Source: Octopus vulgaris
Lineage: Eukaryota
Reading direction: 5' to 3'
DNA length: 64,000 nt
NCBI GenBank assembly: GCA_951406725.2
Contig: OX597839.1
Span: 10,788,001 to 10,852,000 of the forward strand
Shown: positions 14,226 through 24,504 of the stretch, one piece after another
Position numbering within the stretch: position 1 is the stretch's first letter
Layout: every line of letters starts with the position of its first letter
Notes under the pieces: generated by a model
What the model was told of the DNA's origin: nothing
What the model saw: only the letters and a program-made list of their open reading frames with translations
Database searches by the model: none
Made by a program: the position numbers and the translations under genes

Positions 14226-14401
14226 TTTAAGTGGGGATTAATGTTACCTCTTGGCATTAACACTGTTTCTGTCGCTAATATATATATTTTTAAACAAGCT
14301 AACTGGCTCATCGCGACACCAGTGCCTGTTTTGGCACTGTTACTCTGTTATACCGCTGGCCGGGAGATGAATCGCTGCTATGTCTAGCGGTCGAGTGTCC
14401 A

Positions 14402-14442
14402 TCACTGATGAGGCTAAATAAGGTTGAAATCACGTGATCTGG
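14402..14442 (+). ncRNA. Type I hammerhead ribozyme motif (family HH-B), stem II weakened
   Basis: tca-CTGATGA-ggct-aaataa-ggtt-GAAA-tcacgtga-TC-tgg. Palindromic stem III and AUC triplet. Paralogues near 15860 and 60783 have a better stem II but decayed cores. Confidence 0.7.
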
Positions 14443-15169
14443 CAGTTTTGGCGCTGGAGGTGGCGGCGACTTGTCTCCCCGTTAGTAATATAAACAAGGA
14501 CGCATTTTGTACCAAAAGTCAATATGAGAATTTCTCTCGTGGTACCTACCACAGTATAGTTTGTCTTAACAGAACATCCGTGTTTAAGTGGGCATAAATA
14601 TTATTTCTCAGTGTATAAAGGACTTAAATCACTAGCATTAAGTTTATATCCTTAGTCAAAGTCTGTTCAAATATTTTTGATCATTGAGCGAGGTTTTAAA
14701 TCTTTTACGACGCTGTGTCTAAATCATTTAATCGCCAGCCTTTAGTCTGAAATCATCTGTGACATTTTGTCCAATGATTTACAACATTCATAAATGAATG
14801 TGTCTATAGAATAAGATCACTTGTCTGAGCTTTAATATCTCTAATGAGACAATGTGTAAATATTGAATTTTAAAATCAATAATGAGATTGAGGCTAAAGA
14901 AGTCAATCACTGGCTGGCTGTTGATATTTATGGCATTGATCTTCAGTCACAAATACTTAGTCTGTGTGTAAATATTTTCATTATTGATCCCTGTGCCTCA
15001 AATTCTACTGAAGCTTTTCTTGTATGTAAACTTTCAGGTGAGTTTAACTGCTAGGACCATTCACTGGATTAAAAATATATCATCTGTAGTTAGTTTGTAT
15101 CTTAATCCTATCTTAATCCTTAAATCGTTGAGCTTCAGAGTGGCTGTCATTAAAGATTGAACACATTGG

Positions 15170-15570
15170 ACCAAGGGGGGAATTACAACCGTGTTTCGTG
15201 GTCTGCTACCACAACAGCTCCTTTATAGGATCCAGTTAGCTCAAGACATCATCAGGAGGAACCACGTCCGGTTTCGGCCCCTACTCCTCTACCGTTTTGA
15301 CGTGCCCCCCCCCCCTTCGGAAGTGTCTTCAGCTCTGGTGTTGGGTGCATGTCTTCTTTCTTCTGTTCCCTGGCCTCTTCGATGTATCGTCAGCAAGTGT
15401 CAGCCGGTGACTGACTGACTTGTTAAATTTTTCCCTTTAAATACCTGCCGCTAGGCTCCAGCAGGCAGCCCCAGCAAGTTGTCACATGATACTGTCTCAC
15501 CTTAACTGACTAGTGAAGGCGCGTAGTTTTAGCCCGCGCATTTTCTAAACGATCGTCACCTGTCATGTGA
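15170..15570. mobile_element. Unclassified GC-rich interspersed repeat (second partial copy at 57243-57430)
   Basis: About 180 bp nearly identical between the two loci (ccgtgtttcgtggtctgctaccacaacagctcc...). Confidence 0.65.
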
Positions 15571-15649
15571 TTCAGACAACTGATATAATATCTTAATCCA
15601 CGGTGAGACACTGTGAATTGCAGGAGGTCTCAAATCATTATCGAGAATT

Positions 15650-16110
15650 TGGTAGAAGAATTAAATGACTCCAAAAGAGTCTTTGGAGTAACGTTACTCA
15701 ATAGGGTACGTAGCTGGGAGATCAGAGAGGCTCTCCAGATTGAATCTCCAGATTAAGAGATTACAGCTCCGACATGTGGTAAGAATGTATTGGCACTGTT
15801 ACTCTGTATATCGTTGGCCGGGAGACGAATCGCTGCTATCTCTAGCGGTCGAGTGTCCATCATTGACAAGGCCAAACAAGGTTGAAATCACATGATCTGG
15901 CAGGTTTTACGGGAGAAAGCAATCGGCAGGAGACCCAGGAGTTGACTACAAGCAAGATAATTGGATAACATCCATGATCTCCATCAGTCTCACTTAGAGA
16001 TTGGGCTGGATCAATTAGAGGCGGTCGTTTCTGACAGCACCCGATGGAATGCATGCTTGAGGACTTTGCCCCCCACGACCTTCCCAAAAATAAGAGAGCG
16101 AAAAAATGAG
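15650..16110 (+). pseudogene. Decayed RTE-type LINE ORF2 C-terminus, interrupted by an HH-B copy at 15790-15915
   Basis: Conceptual translations RVFGVTLLNRVRSWEIREALQI and LDNIHDL..QLEAVVSDSTRWNACLRTLPP resemble RTE C-termini. Confidence 0.6.
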
Positions 16111-16194
16111 ATGATATGGGAGTTAAATGACCAGCAAGTAAATCTTTAGGCCATTGAACTTAAATCTCAGATTTCATTGACACAATGTCTCTCT

Positions 16195-16415
16195 CTATCC
16201 GTTCAGTCGAAGTCGACTCTCGGTCACTCGTTGGATCAGTATCCTCCAGTCAGTTCTATCCTGGGCCGCTTCTTTCAGATTGGCTATGTCCATTCCGGTA
16301 TCACTCTTGATGGTGTCAAGCCAGCGGGTTCTTGGTCAGCCTCTTCGTCTCTTGCCACTGACCATTCCGAGCATGATGTCCATCTCCTGGGATTTTCTCC
16401 GCATAATATGGGGAA
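16195..16415 (-). pseudogene. RTE/BovB-like LINE ORF2 C-terminus
   Basis: Minus strand reads HIMRRKSQEMDIMLGMVSGKRRRG*PRTRWLDTIKSDTGMDIANLKEAAQDRTDWRILIQRVTESRLRLNG*. Confidence 0.85.
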
Positions 16416-18749
16416 GACCTGGCCACCTACCCCAGTATCCTGGCCAATATACTCTATGGATCAAAAGTGTAAGACACACTGTCTAAATTCTTGGATTACA
16501 GTCCTAACGTCTCAAGTTTAAGTGACTCAGTAGGAAATCCATTCATTACTGGCCTTAAAGCTCAAATCTCAATAATACAATATATTTATATAACTGGTGT
16601 ACTGGTCTAAAATTTGATATATTAATGACATAAAATGTAAATCCTTCGATCCTAGCCTTAAATTGAAAACATTGTCGGCTCAGTCTTTACATCGCTACAT
16701 CATTTCCTTCACATCTCAGATTTAAATAATATGCTAAACTTTAGATCAACGGTTTAAGTCTCAAATATCACTGACAGACTTTATAAACCATTAGAATGCA
16801 GGCTTTAATTTTCAAATATTAATTATGCATTATCTAAATCCTTGATTTAAGGGCTTTAAGTCTTAGAGCTTAATTATATGGAATGTAAATCGCTAAATCA
16901 CTGGCCTTGAGTTGCAAATTTCAATGTCATGTTATCCAAAGATCGCTAGTCGTACATCTCAACTTTAAATGTTGCAGTAAAACTTAAGATTACTGACTTT
17001 GAGTCTAAGATCTCATCGACAGACTGCATAATTGATTTGAACACAGGCTTTGGATCTCAAATATTAATGCCACAGAATCTAACTCATTGGTTCGGCAGAG
17101 TTAAGACTCAAATTTCACTAAACGAAAACCACAGGCCTTGAATCGTAAGCTTCAATGTCACGTCATCTAAATGTTTAGAATGCTGGCAGTACGTTTCAAA
17201 TTTAAACGACACATTATGTAATCGTTTAGATCACTGGCCTGAATTCTGAAACTTCTGTGAATTACTATGTACATACTTAAATCTACGTTCAGTGACACAT
17301 TATTTAAAATTATTAGATCAGTAGCATCTAGTCTTAGTCATTAAGCCATTAGGCTTAACAGTCAATTTTAGTGACACTAAACCGGAAGTCTCAGTGTTAT
17401 GCAATACAAATATTTAGATCACTGGTCTTAAATCTCAAAGGTCATTGACATACCATATAAATCCTTGGTTCAATGATCCCACAGCTCAATTCTAAGTTTC
17501 TAAACCCTTTTATTACAGGCCTATTTCTCAATTGGTTGTGCAGGGGCAGTGTTCAGGAAAATGAACAAGATCTGGGGTCAGCATTGACCTTTAAATTTTG
17601 GGGAAAAAAGTGTGGATTATACTCGAGGATTTACGGTATTTAGATCACTAGTCACTCAAATCTCAGTGTCACAATACATAAATTTATAGATCAAAAGGTT
17701 TATTTCTCAAATATGTATGACACACTGTGCAAATACTTAGATCACTGACTTTAAGACTCAAATCTGATTGACAAACTATCTAAATCCATAGATTAGAAGC
17801 TTTAAGTCAGTCACTGAAAAGCTATTTAAATCATTAGATCACATGTCTTAAGTCTTAAATCTCAATGAGTCACTATCAAATTCATTAGTCACGGGTCTAA
17901 AAATTTTAATTACTTCTTTTATGTAGAAAGTCCACTTCACCTGGCGTGTAAATATTTACATTACAGGTGTTATAATACAAATATTATTAACCTGGTATCT
18001 AAATTTGTAAACACAGAACACTGGTCTTGAGCTTCAAACTTCACTGACACAATATCTAAATCACTAGACTTAAGTCTCAAATTTAACTGACACTGTGTTC
18101 AAATGTTTCGATTACAAAGCATAATTCAGAAATCCCATTAGATCATCACCCTTAAGCCTTAGATCTGACACTGTATCTAAATGCTTAGATCACAAGGCTT
18201 AATTCACAAACCTCTGTGACAAGTTATGTAAACCAATTGATCACTCTTCACGATTCAGTATGTAAATATTTACATCAGTGACGTTATGATTCAAAACTCA
18301 CTAACACGGTATGTAAATCTTTAAATTACTAGTCTTAACTCATAAATCTCAGTGACAGAGTAAGTACAGATTTTGATCACTCACCTTAAGTCCCAAATCA
18401 ATATGACAAAATATTCAAATCTTTAGATCCATGGCCTTTGTTCTGAAATATTAATGATAGGGTATCTCATCGCAAGCCTTAAGATCAAATCTCATTGATA
18501 CAGTATATAAATCCTTGGATTATTGGTTTTAAGTCTAAAATTTCATGGATATAGTATATGCATGATTAGATCACTGGCGTTAAGTCTAAAATCCCACTGA
18601 CACAACATGTAAAACCGCTGATGATGGGTCTTACGACTGAAATATTAATGACTTGTGTAAATTTTGTATGCTAGGCATTAAGTCTAAGATCCCACTGACT
18701 GCTCATATCTCTATGACTGCGTACCTATATCACAAGACTACAAGGATAA

Positions 18750-19030
18750 CGTCTCAAATCTCAATGAAAGAGTACCTTAGTCACAAAACATACAGAAGTA
18801 TGTCTCAAATCTCAGTGAAAGAGTACCTTAGTTACAAAACTACTGAGGTATGTCTCAAATCTCAATGAAAGAGTACCTTAATTGCAAAACTACTGAGGTA
18901 CATCTCGAATCTCAATGAAAGAGTACCTTACTCACAAAACTACTGAGGTACATCTCCAATCTCAATGAAAGAGTACCTTACTGACAAAACTACTGAGGTA
19001 GGTCTCGAATCTCAATGAAAGAGTACCTTT
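18750..19030 (+). repeat. Local 50-bp tandem amplification, about 5.5 copies
   Basis: tctcaaatctcaatgaaagagtacctta..acaaaactactgaggta starts near 18751, 18802, 18852, 18902, 18952 and 19002. Confidence 0.9.
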
Positions 19031-19059
19031 GGGGCTTGGATAATTCACCTTTGTGAACA

Positions 19060-19345
19060 TAGGGGTTTCGTTCAAAATCCTCAAACAACCCTTATTCAGG
19101 GATCTTTTGAGCAGGATGGGCTACTCGATTTGAAGAAAATTCTAACGGGGCCCCACCTGCAAGGTCATGCACTGTTAATGTTGATATGAGATCACTACGT
19201 CGCGCACATATAGTTGTGATGCATGTGCCTGGTGTACTCTTATCAGAAGGGTAGTCATGATGGGTATACTGGGCTTCGTATATATTACCCCAGTGTCACT
19301 TTGATGGCATGCACTGCTCTCTCACTCAGTAATAATAATAATAAT
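19060..19345 (+). mobile_element. Retroposon 3' end with a (TAA)n tail (further copies at 57445-57610 and 57758-57880)
   Basis: Shared gatatgagatcac...gatggcatgcactgctctctcactca followed by (aat)n. Confidence 0.75.
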
Positions 19346-19353
19346 AATAATAA

Positions 19354-19384
<31 letters not shown>

Positions 19385-19475
19385 AAAATAATAATAATAA
19401 ATAATGATAATAAATAATAATAATAACATCGAAAAATACCTTAGGAATGAGAACTCCGGTTCAAAATTTCCTCAA

Positions 19476-19521
19476 GACACCTGATGAAGGCTGGAGGGTA
19501 TATCAGCCGAAACGTTGTGTT
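19476..19521 (+). ncRNA. Minimal type I hammerhead ribozyme motif (HH-A), Penelope-like
   Basis: gacac-CTGATGA-a-ggctg-gagggtatat-cagcc-GAAAC-GTT-gtgtt. Stem I 5 bp, stem II 5 bp, loopless palindromic stem III (aacgtt), GUU site. Confidence 0.85.
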
Positions 19522-19847
19522 AACAACAAACAAGATGAGGGCAAATATCCGTCAAATGTAAATAATGTAAAGAGTGCAACACCCTAACCACTAAGTCATT
19601 ATCTGCTCGATTATATTGCTTGCATTAATTCTCAAATCTCTAACACACAACATGCATTCAGACACAGCTCTCACTGCTACAGTACGTACATCCTCAAATC
19701 ACCAGCTTTATAACTGACAGAATGTATATCATCAGAGCACTAAACCTTAAATCATAATCCTTTATGACACCATACCTAAATCTTTAGAACCTTGGCCTTC
19801 AGTCTGAAATTTTAATCAAACAGTTTCTAATTCCTTAGATTACAAAA

Positions 19848-19900
19848 TGTGGAAGCGCAATGGTCCAGTGGTTAGGGCAGCGGACTCGTGGTCGGAGTTC
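19848..19900 (+). mobile_element. SINE family C head fragment (tRNA-derived)
   Basis: gcgcaatggtccagtggttagggcagcggactcg matches 59297 and 43570. Confidence 0.7.
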
Positions 19901-20295
19901 CAAGTACCCATTGTTTTCTGAACTACACTAACTAAACTTTAAAATTTTCAAACGAATTTCATATCAAACAGCTCTAATTTCCTACTCCGATAAATTTACA
20001 ATAATTCTTTCTTAGTAAATACAATGAAGGCTAAGTTTTGCCAGTGAAGCCATAGCAAGACAAAAACCTATGCTGGGTCCTCTCCGTACAATTTTCAGTT
20101 TGCAAATATTTGCTCTGTGAATTATGCCTGTAACAATGGCGGTTACACGTCGACTGTGTACCATTGCCATCTGTGGGGAAAAAGGTAAAAAATAAATTAA
20201 GTATAACAAGAGATATTATATTCTTAATAATAAACTGCCATATGTACAGTGAAGAGTGAGATTCAACACGATGGCTTGTATATTTATTCTTGATA

Positions 20296-21063
20296 AGTAT
20301 CACTTGAAAAGGAAAGTGGGAGTAGAGAGGCAAGTTTTGTCTAGCGAATGTTTCAAAAAAAGATGGGTGAATGTAGCAAGGATGGCACATATGGATGACG
20401 AAGCCACCTTGAGCATAATCCTATGAACCCGGGAAATTTTAAAACAGAGAGTTACTTACTTGTGAATAAATGTGTTAACATGTGACATTATTGACCAAGG
20501 TTACCATGGTCTTTTCCGTAGGCTTTTCTTTCCACGGATAAACCTTATCTACTTCCCCCTTTACACGTTACATCATGACATTTCTGTGATACACGATCCC
20601 TATTGATCGTTTTTTTTTCTCATTTTGCGATCCCTTTTGATCGAAAACCTACTCCTTTTTTATTTTTTTCTTTTATTTTTCTTTTATTTTTTTTCTCCCC
20701 CCAAAGACAAAGCCACCTTGAGCATAATCCTTTGAACCCGGAAAAATTTAAAACAGAGAGTTACTTGCAAGTAAATGTGTTAACATTTGACATTATTGAC
20801 CGAGGTTACCGTGGTCTTTTCCGTAGGCTTTTCTTTCCACGGATAAACCTTACCTGCTTCCCCCTTTACACGTTACATCATGACATTTCTGTGATACACG
20901 ATCCCTATTGATCGTTTTTTTTTCTCTTTTTACGATCCCTTTTGATCAAAAATCTACCCCCCTTTTTATTTTTTAATTTAATTTTTTTTCTCCCCCAAAA
21001 GAAAAGCTCTACTTTGAAATTTGTGCCCTCTATGTTCAACCCTGTGTGGCTAATAAAGAAACA
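20296..21063 (+). mobile_element. 5'-truncated LINE (L1/Tx1-like ORF2 end plus 3' UTR with an internal ~310-bp tandem duplication)
   Basis: Translation YHLKRKVGVERQVLSSECFKKRWVNVARMAHMDDEATLSIIL*. aagccaccttgagcataatcc is duplicated at ~20401 and ~20711. 11-bp TSD tattcttgata at 20285-20295 and 21064-21074. Clade assignment is tentative. Confidence 0.8.
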
Positions 21064-21518
21064 TATTCTTGATATGCCCCAGCATAATGCTTAGCGGCAT
21101 TTCGTCCGTCTTTACGATCTGAGTATGTAAACGTGTAAATAATATTTCACCAATGTTGTAATTCTTCATCGTATAATTATTTCTGTTTAGTTCTACAATG
21201 CTCTCTCAATAAAACATATTGACACTAACATAACCAACATTTTCATGGTAAATGTTTGCTGGTTTGAAAGCAACCAGCGATCTAACGAGTCATCAACAGC
21301 TAAGCAGTCAACCATTAAGTGTTTCAACTTTTCTAATTACGTTTGTCATTAACTTAAACCAAACAGTTCATAAGTAGCTTCATCAGCGTTCATTCAACCG
21401 ACATGGCAGACCTCCTCATTCGTTGCGCTGTTCCTGCGGTGAGAGGAGACAGCTTTCACAGAGCCCTAACGAATACATACATACATATATATACATACAT
21501 ACATACATACATACATAG

Positions 21519-21576
<58 letters not shown>

Positions 21577-21586
21577 ATATATATAC

Positions 21587-21644
<58 letters not shown>

Positions 21645-22057
21645 TAATATATATATATACATATATATATATATAATGTATGTATATGTATATATATATT
21701 ATATATTTATGTATGTATATGAAGTATATATTTACGTATATATGCATATATGTATGTATGTATATATTTATATATATGCATATATATACACACACACATA
21801 CCCATACACACACACACATATATATATATACATGTGTGTGTGTGTGTAGATATATACATACATGCATGAATTTCAATATATACATATATCTATATGTATT
21901 CATATAACATATGCACGCATACACTTAGACATACATCTATCTATCTGTATATATATATATATATACAAAAAAATCATGTTTGTATATATATATATATAAA
22001 ATTAGATGCATACATATATACATATATATGTATATCTGTGTGTATATATATATATAG

Positions 22058-22788
22058 ACTCCTTCCTCTCATTTGTCCAATCCTTCCACCCTGCCCTCGA
22101 ATACTCCTATACTGTTTCCAACACTTCTGTCGCATTTCTCGACATTTCAGTCAACACACACAACTCTGCTCTCACTACTTGCATCCACTACAAACACACC
22201 GACTCACACTCACCTTAACTTCTCTTCTCACCCTACCCTCACCAAGCTCTCCATCCCCTACTCTCAATTCCTCCGTCTGCGCAGGTTCAGACTCAACACA
22301 TGGCTCGCCACTTCATCCTTCGTGGATATCTCCTCACCATTATCCACAAAGCCATCGCCAGAGCACGTTCCGTGGACCATACCTCTGCTCTCTCTTCCCG
22401 CACCCGCCCCGCCATTGTCATCTCCCATTTCCCCTCACTTACCACCCCTCCACCGCACCATTTTCCGAGTCTTCCAGCGACTCCAGTCCGACCCCTTCAT
22501 AGGCATCCAACATCATCCGTATCATACCACCGACTCCTTTACCCGCATTTCTAGCAACGTCATTTACTGCATCTCCTGCTCTTTCTGCCCCTCTCTGTAT
22601 ATTGGTCAAACGGGACGCCACTTGGCTGGCCAGTTCGTGGAGCACCTCTGAGACATCAGACTTGGCAATGACACCCCAGTCAGGAGAGATAGAAACAAGG
22701 AGAGCATCAAACTAATACACCTGCTTGTTGTTCCTACACCTGTCTTCGTCATTTGTTTTTCTGTAAATTTCAACTGCTTATATATACA

Positions 22789-22790
<2 letters not shown>
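22058..22790 (+). pseudogene. Penelope-like retroelement fragment (RT C-terminus plus GIY-YIG endonuclease), frameshifted
   Basis: VAFLDISV..IHYKHTDSH / LNFSSHPTLTKLSIPYSQFLRLRR and FTRISSNVIYCISCSFCPSLYIGQTGRHLAGQFVEHL (VIY...YIG motif). Confidence 0.9.
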
Positions 22791-22828
<38 letters not shown>

Positions 22829-22830
<2 letters not shown>

Positions 22831-23212
22831 CATAGGAGTGGCTGTGTGGTAAGTAGCTTGCTTACCAACCACATGGTCCCAGATTCAGTCCCACTGCGTG
22901 GCACCTTGGGCAGGTGTCTTCTACTATAGCCTCGGGTCGACCAAAACCTTGTGAGTGGATTTGGTAGACGGAAACTAGAAGAAACCCATCGTATATGTAT
23001 ATATATATATATGTATGTATATATATATATGTATGTGTGTGTATATATTTGTGTGTCTGTTTGTCCCCCCCCCCCCAGCATCGCTTGACAACCGATGCCG
23101 ATGTGTTTGCGTCCCCATAACTTAGTGGTTCGGCAAAAGAGACCGATAGAATAAGTACTAGGCTTACAAAGAACAAGTTCTGGGGTCAATTTGCTGAAAC
23201 AAGTAAAAGAGT
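22829..23212 (+). mobile_element. SINE family B (tRNA-like head, CORE-like ccttgggcaagtg, internal microsatellite, gaaacaagtaaaagag tail)
   Basis: Matches more than 12 other copies in the window. Confidence 0.85.
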
Positions 23213-23861
23213 ATATATATATATATATATATGTATATGTATATATATGTATATGTACACACACACACACACACACACTCATACATACATGTGTATTTAT
23301 GACTGTGTATTTATGTATGCATATATGTATATATATTTCATTAAATACATGACTATGTTCCAATTTTATGCTTTCTATCTATTATTTTTCATATTGTCTT
23401 GTTAGCTTTTTTTACAATTGTATGTATGCATTTATATATGTATATATATGTATGTATATCTATCTACCAATCTACCAATCTGTCTGTCAGACTGTCTGCC
23501 TGCCTGCCTGCCTGCCTGCCTAGTAAACGTATTACAATAAAACGAAACTGTTCCGCACACAGAGTTTGTCGAGATTGCAGATATTTTCTAGAACCGTATC
23601 AGAGGTAGTCACCATTTAACGTTGCTTCGTTTAACATCGTTTCGTTATAATGTTGATGAGAAATAACATAAAACGAAATAGCATAAAAATTCATCTTACT
23701 GTTCGTCTCTCATATTTGATTTTATTTGATTTTATTTGATTTGATTCTCTTTCTTGATAACTTATGCTTTTTGTTTTCAATAACATCAAATAAACAAATA
23801 ACGATAATTAAAATAAAACACAAGTCACTCGCTTTTGCTTGATGATCATCACCTAATACTA

Positions 23862-24414
23862 TTGGGTTGTCCGGAAAGTTCGTGCCGATTTATAGTAGTT
23901 TACATTTCGACTTACTTTAGAACATAGTTGAGTTCATAAAGTAGGATTTGACTACACCTCCATTTAGAGCCAGTTTAAGCTATCTTTTCGTAGAAGAAGA
24001 TTTATGTTCCTATAACCTGTGTTATAAAATGGAAGATAAGAAAGTTCATGTTCAGCACTTGATGCTTTGGGAACCAAACAAAAATTGCTGCAGTTCGGCT
24101 GGGATGTGTTACCCCAACCTCCAAATTCACCAGATATTGCTCCTTCGGATTTCCACTTATTCAGGTCTCTGCAGAATAGTCTTAATGGTAAAAATCTCAA
24201 TTCCTTGGATGACATAAAAAGATACCTTGATGAATACTTTGCCATGAAACCACCTCACTTCTGGGAAGAGGGTATTTTCAAGTTAAAGGAAAGATGGAGA
24301 TGCATTGTGTAACAAAATGGTTCATATTTGGTTGATTAAAAATGTAATGGCAAGTATTTATTGACCTTTTTTTTTTTCCTTTAAAAATCGGCACGAACTT
24401 TCCGGACAACCCAA
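23862..24414 (+). mobile_element. Internally deleted mariner transposon
   Basis: TIRs ttgggttgtccggaaagttcgtgccgattt / aaatcggcacgaactttccggacaacccaa with TA on both sides. Remnants MEDKKVHVQHLMLWE and GWDVLPQPPNSPDIAPSDFHLFRSLQN..GIFKLKERW (mariner YSPDLAPSD-type motif). Confidence 0.95.
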
Positions 24415-24472
24415 TACAATCTTTAAAACATCAACCGTCAATTTCACAGATACATACTTACATTCATGCATG

Positions 24473-24504
<32 letters not shown>

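Larger units (their letters stand above)
12100..19845 (+). repeat. Old, highly diverged forward 52-bp satellite monomers interrupted by many TEs
   Basis: Recurrent ttagatcactggcctt..gtctcaaatctc..gacac..tctaaa motifs at roughly 50-bp spacing. Confidence 0.75.

Noticed and set aside
15180-15295. Minus-strand GAAAC..GUU and CUGAUGA words suggesting a hammerhead
   Set aside because: Their order and spacing do not allow stems I and II to close around one core.
18618-18650. ctgatgatgggtcttacgactgaaa hammerhead-like string
   Set aside because: There is no stem I, and it is explained as a decayed satellite monomer.
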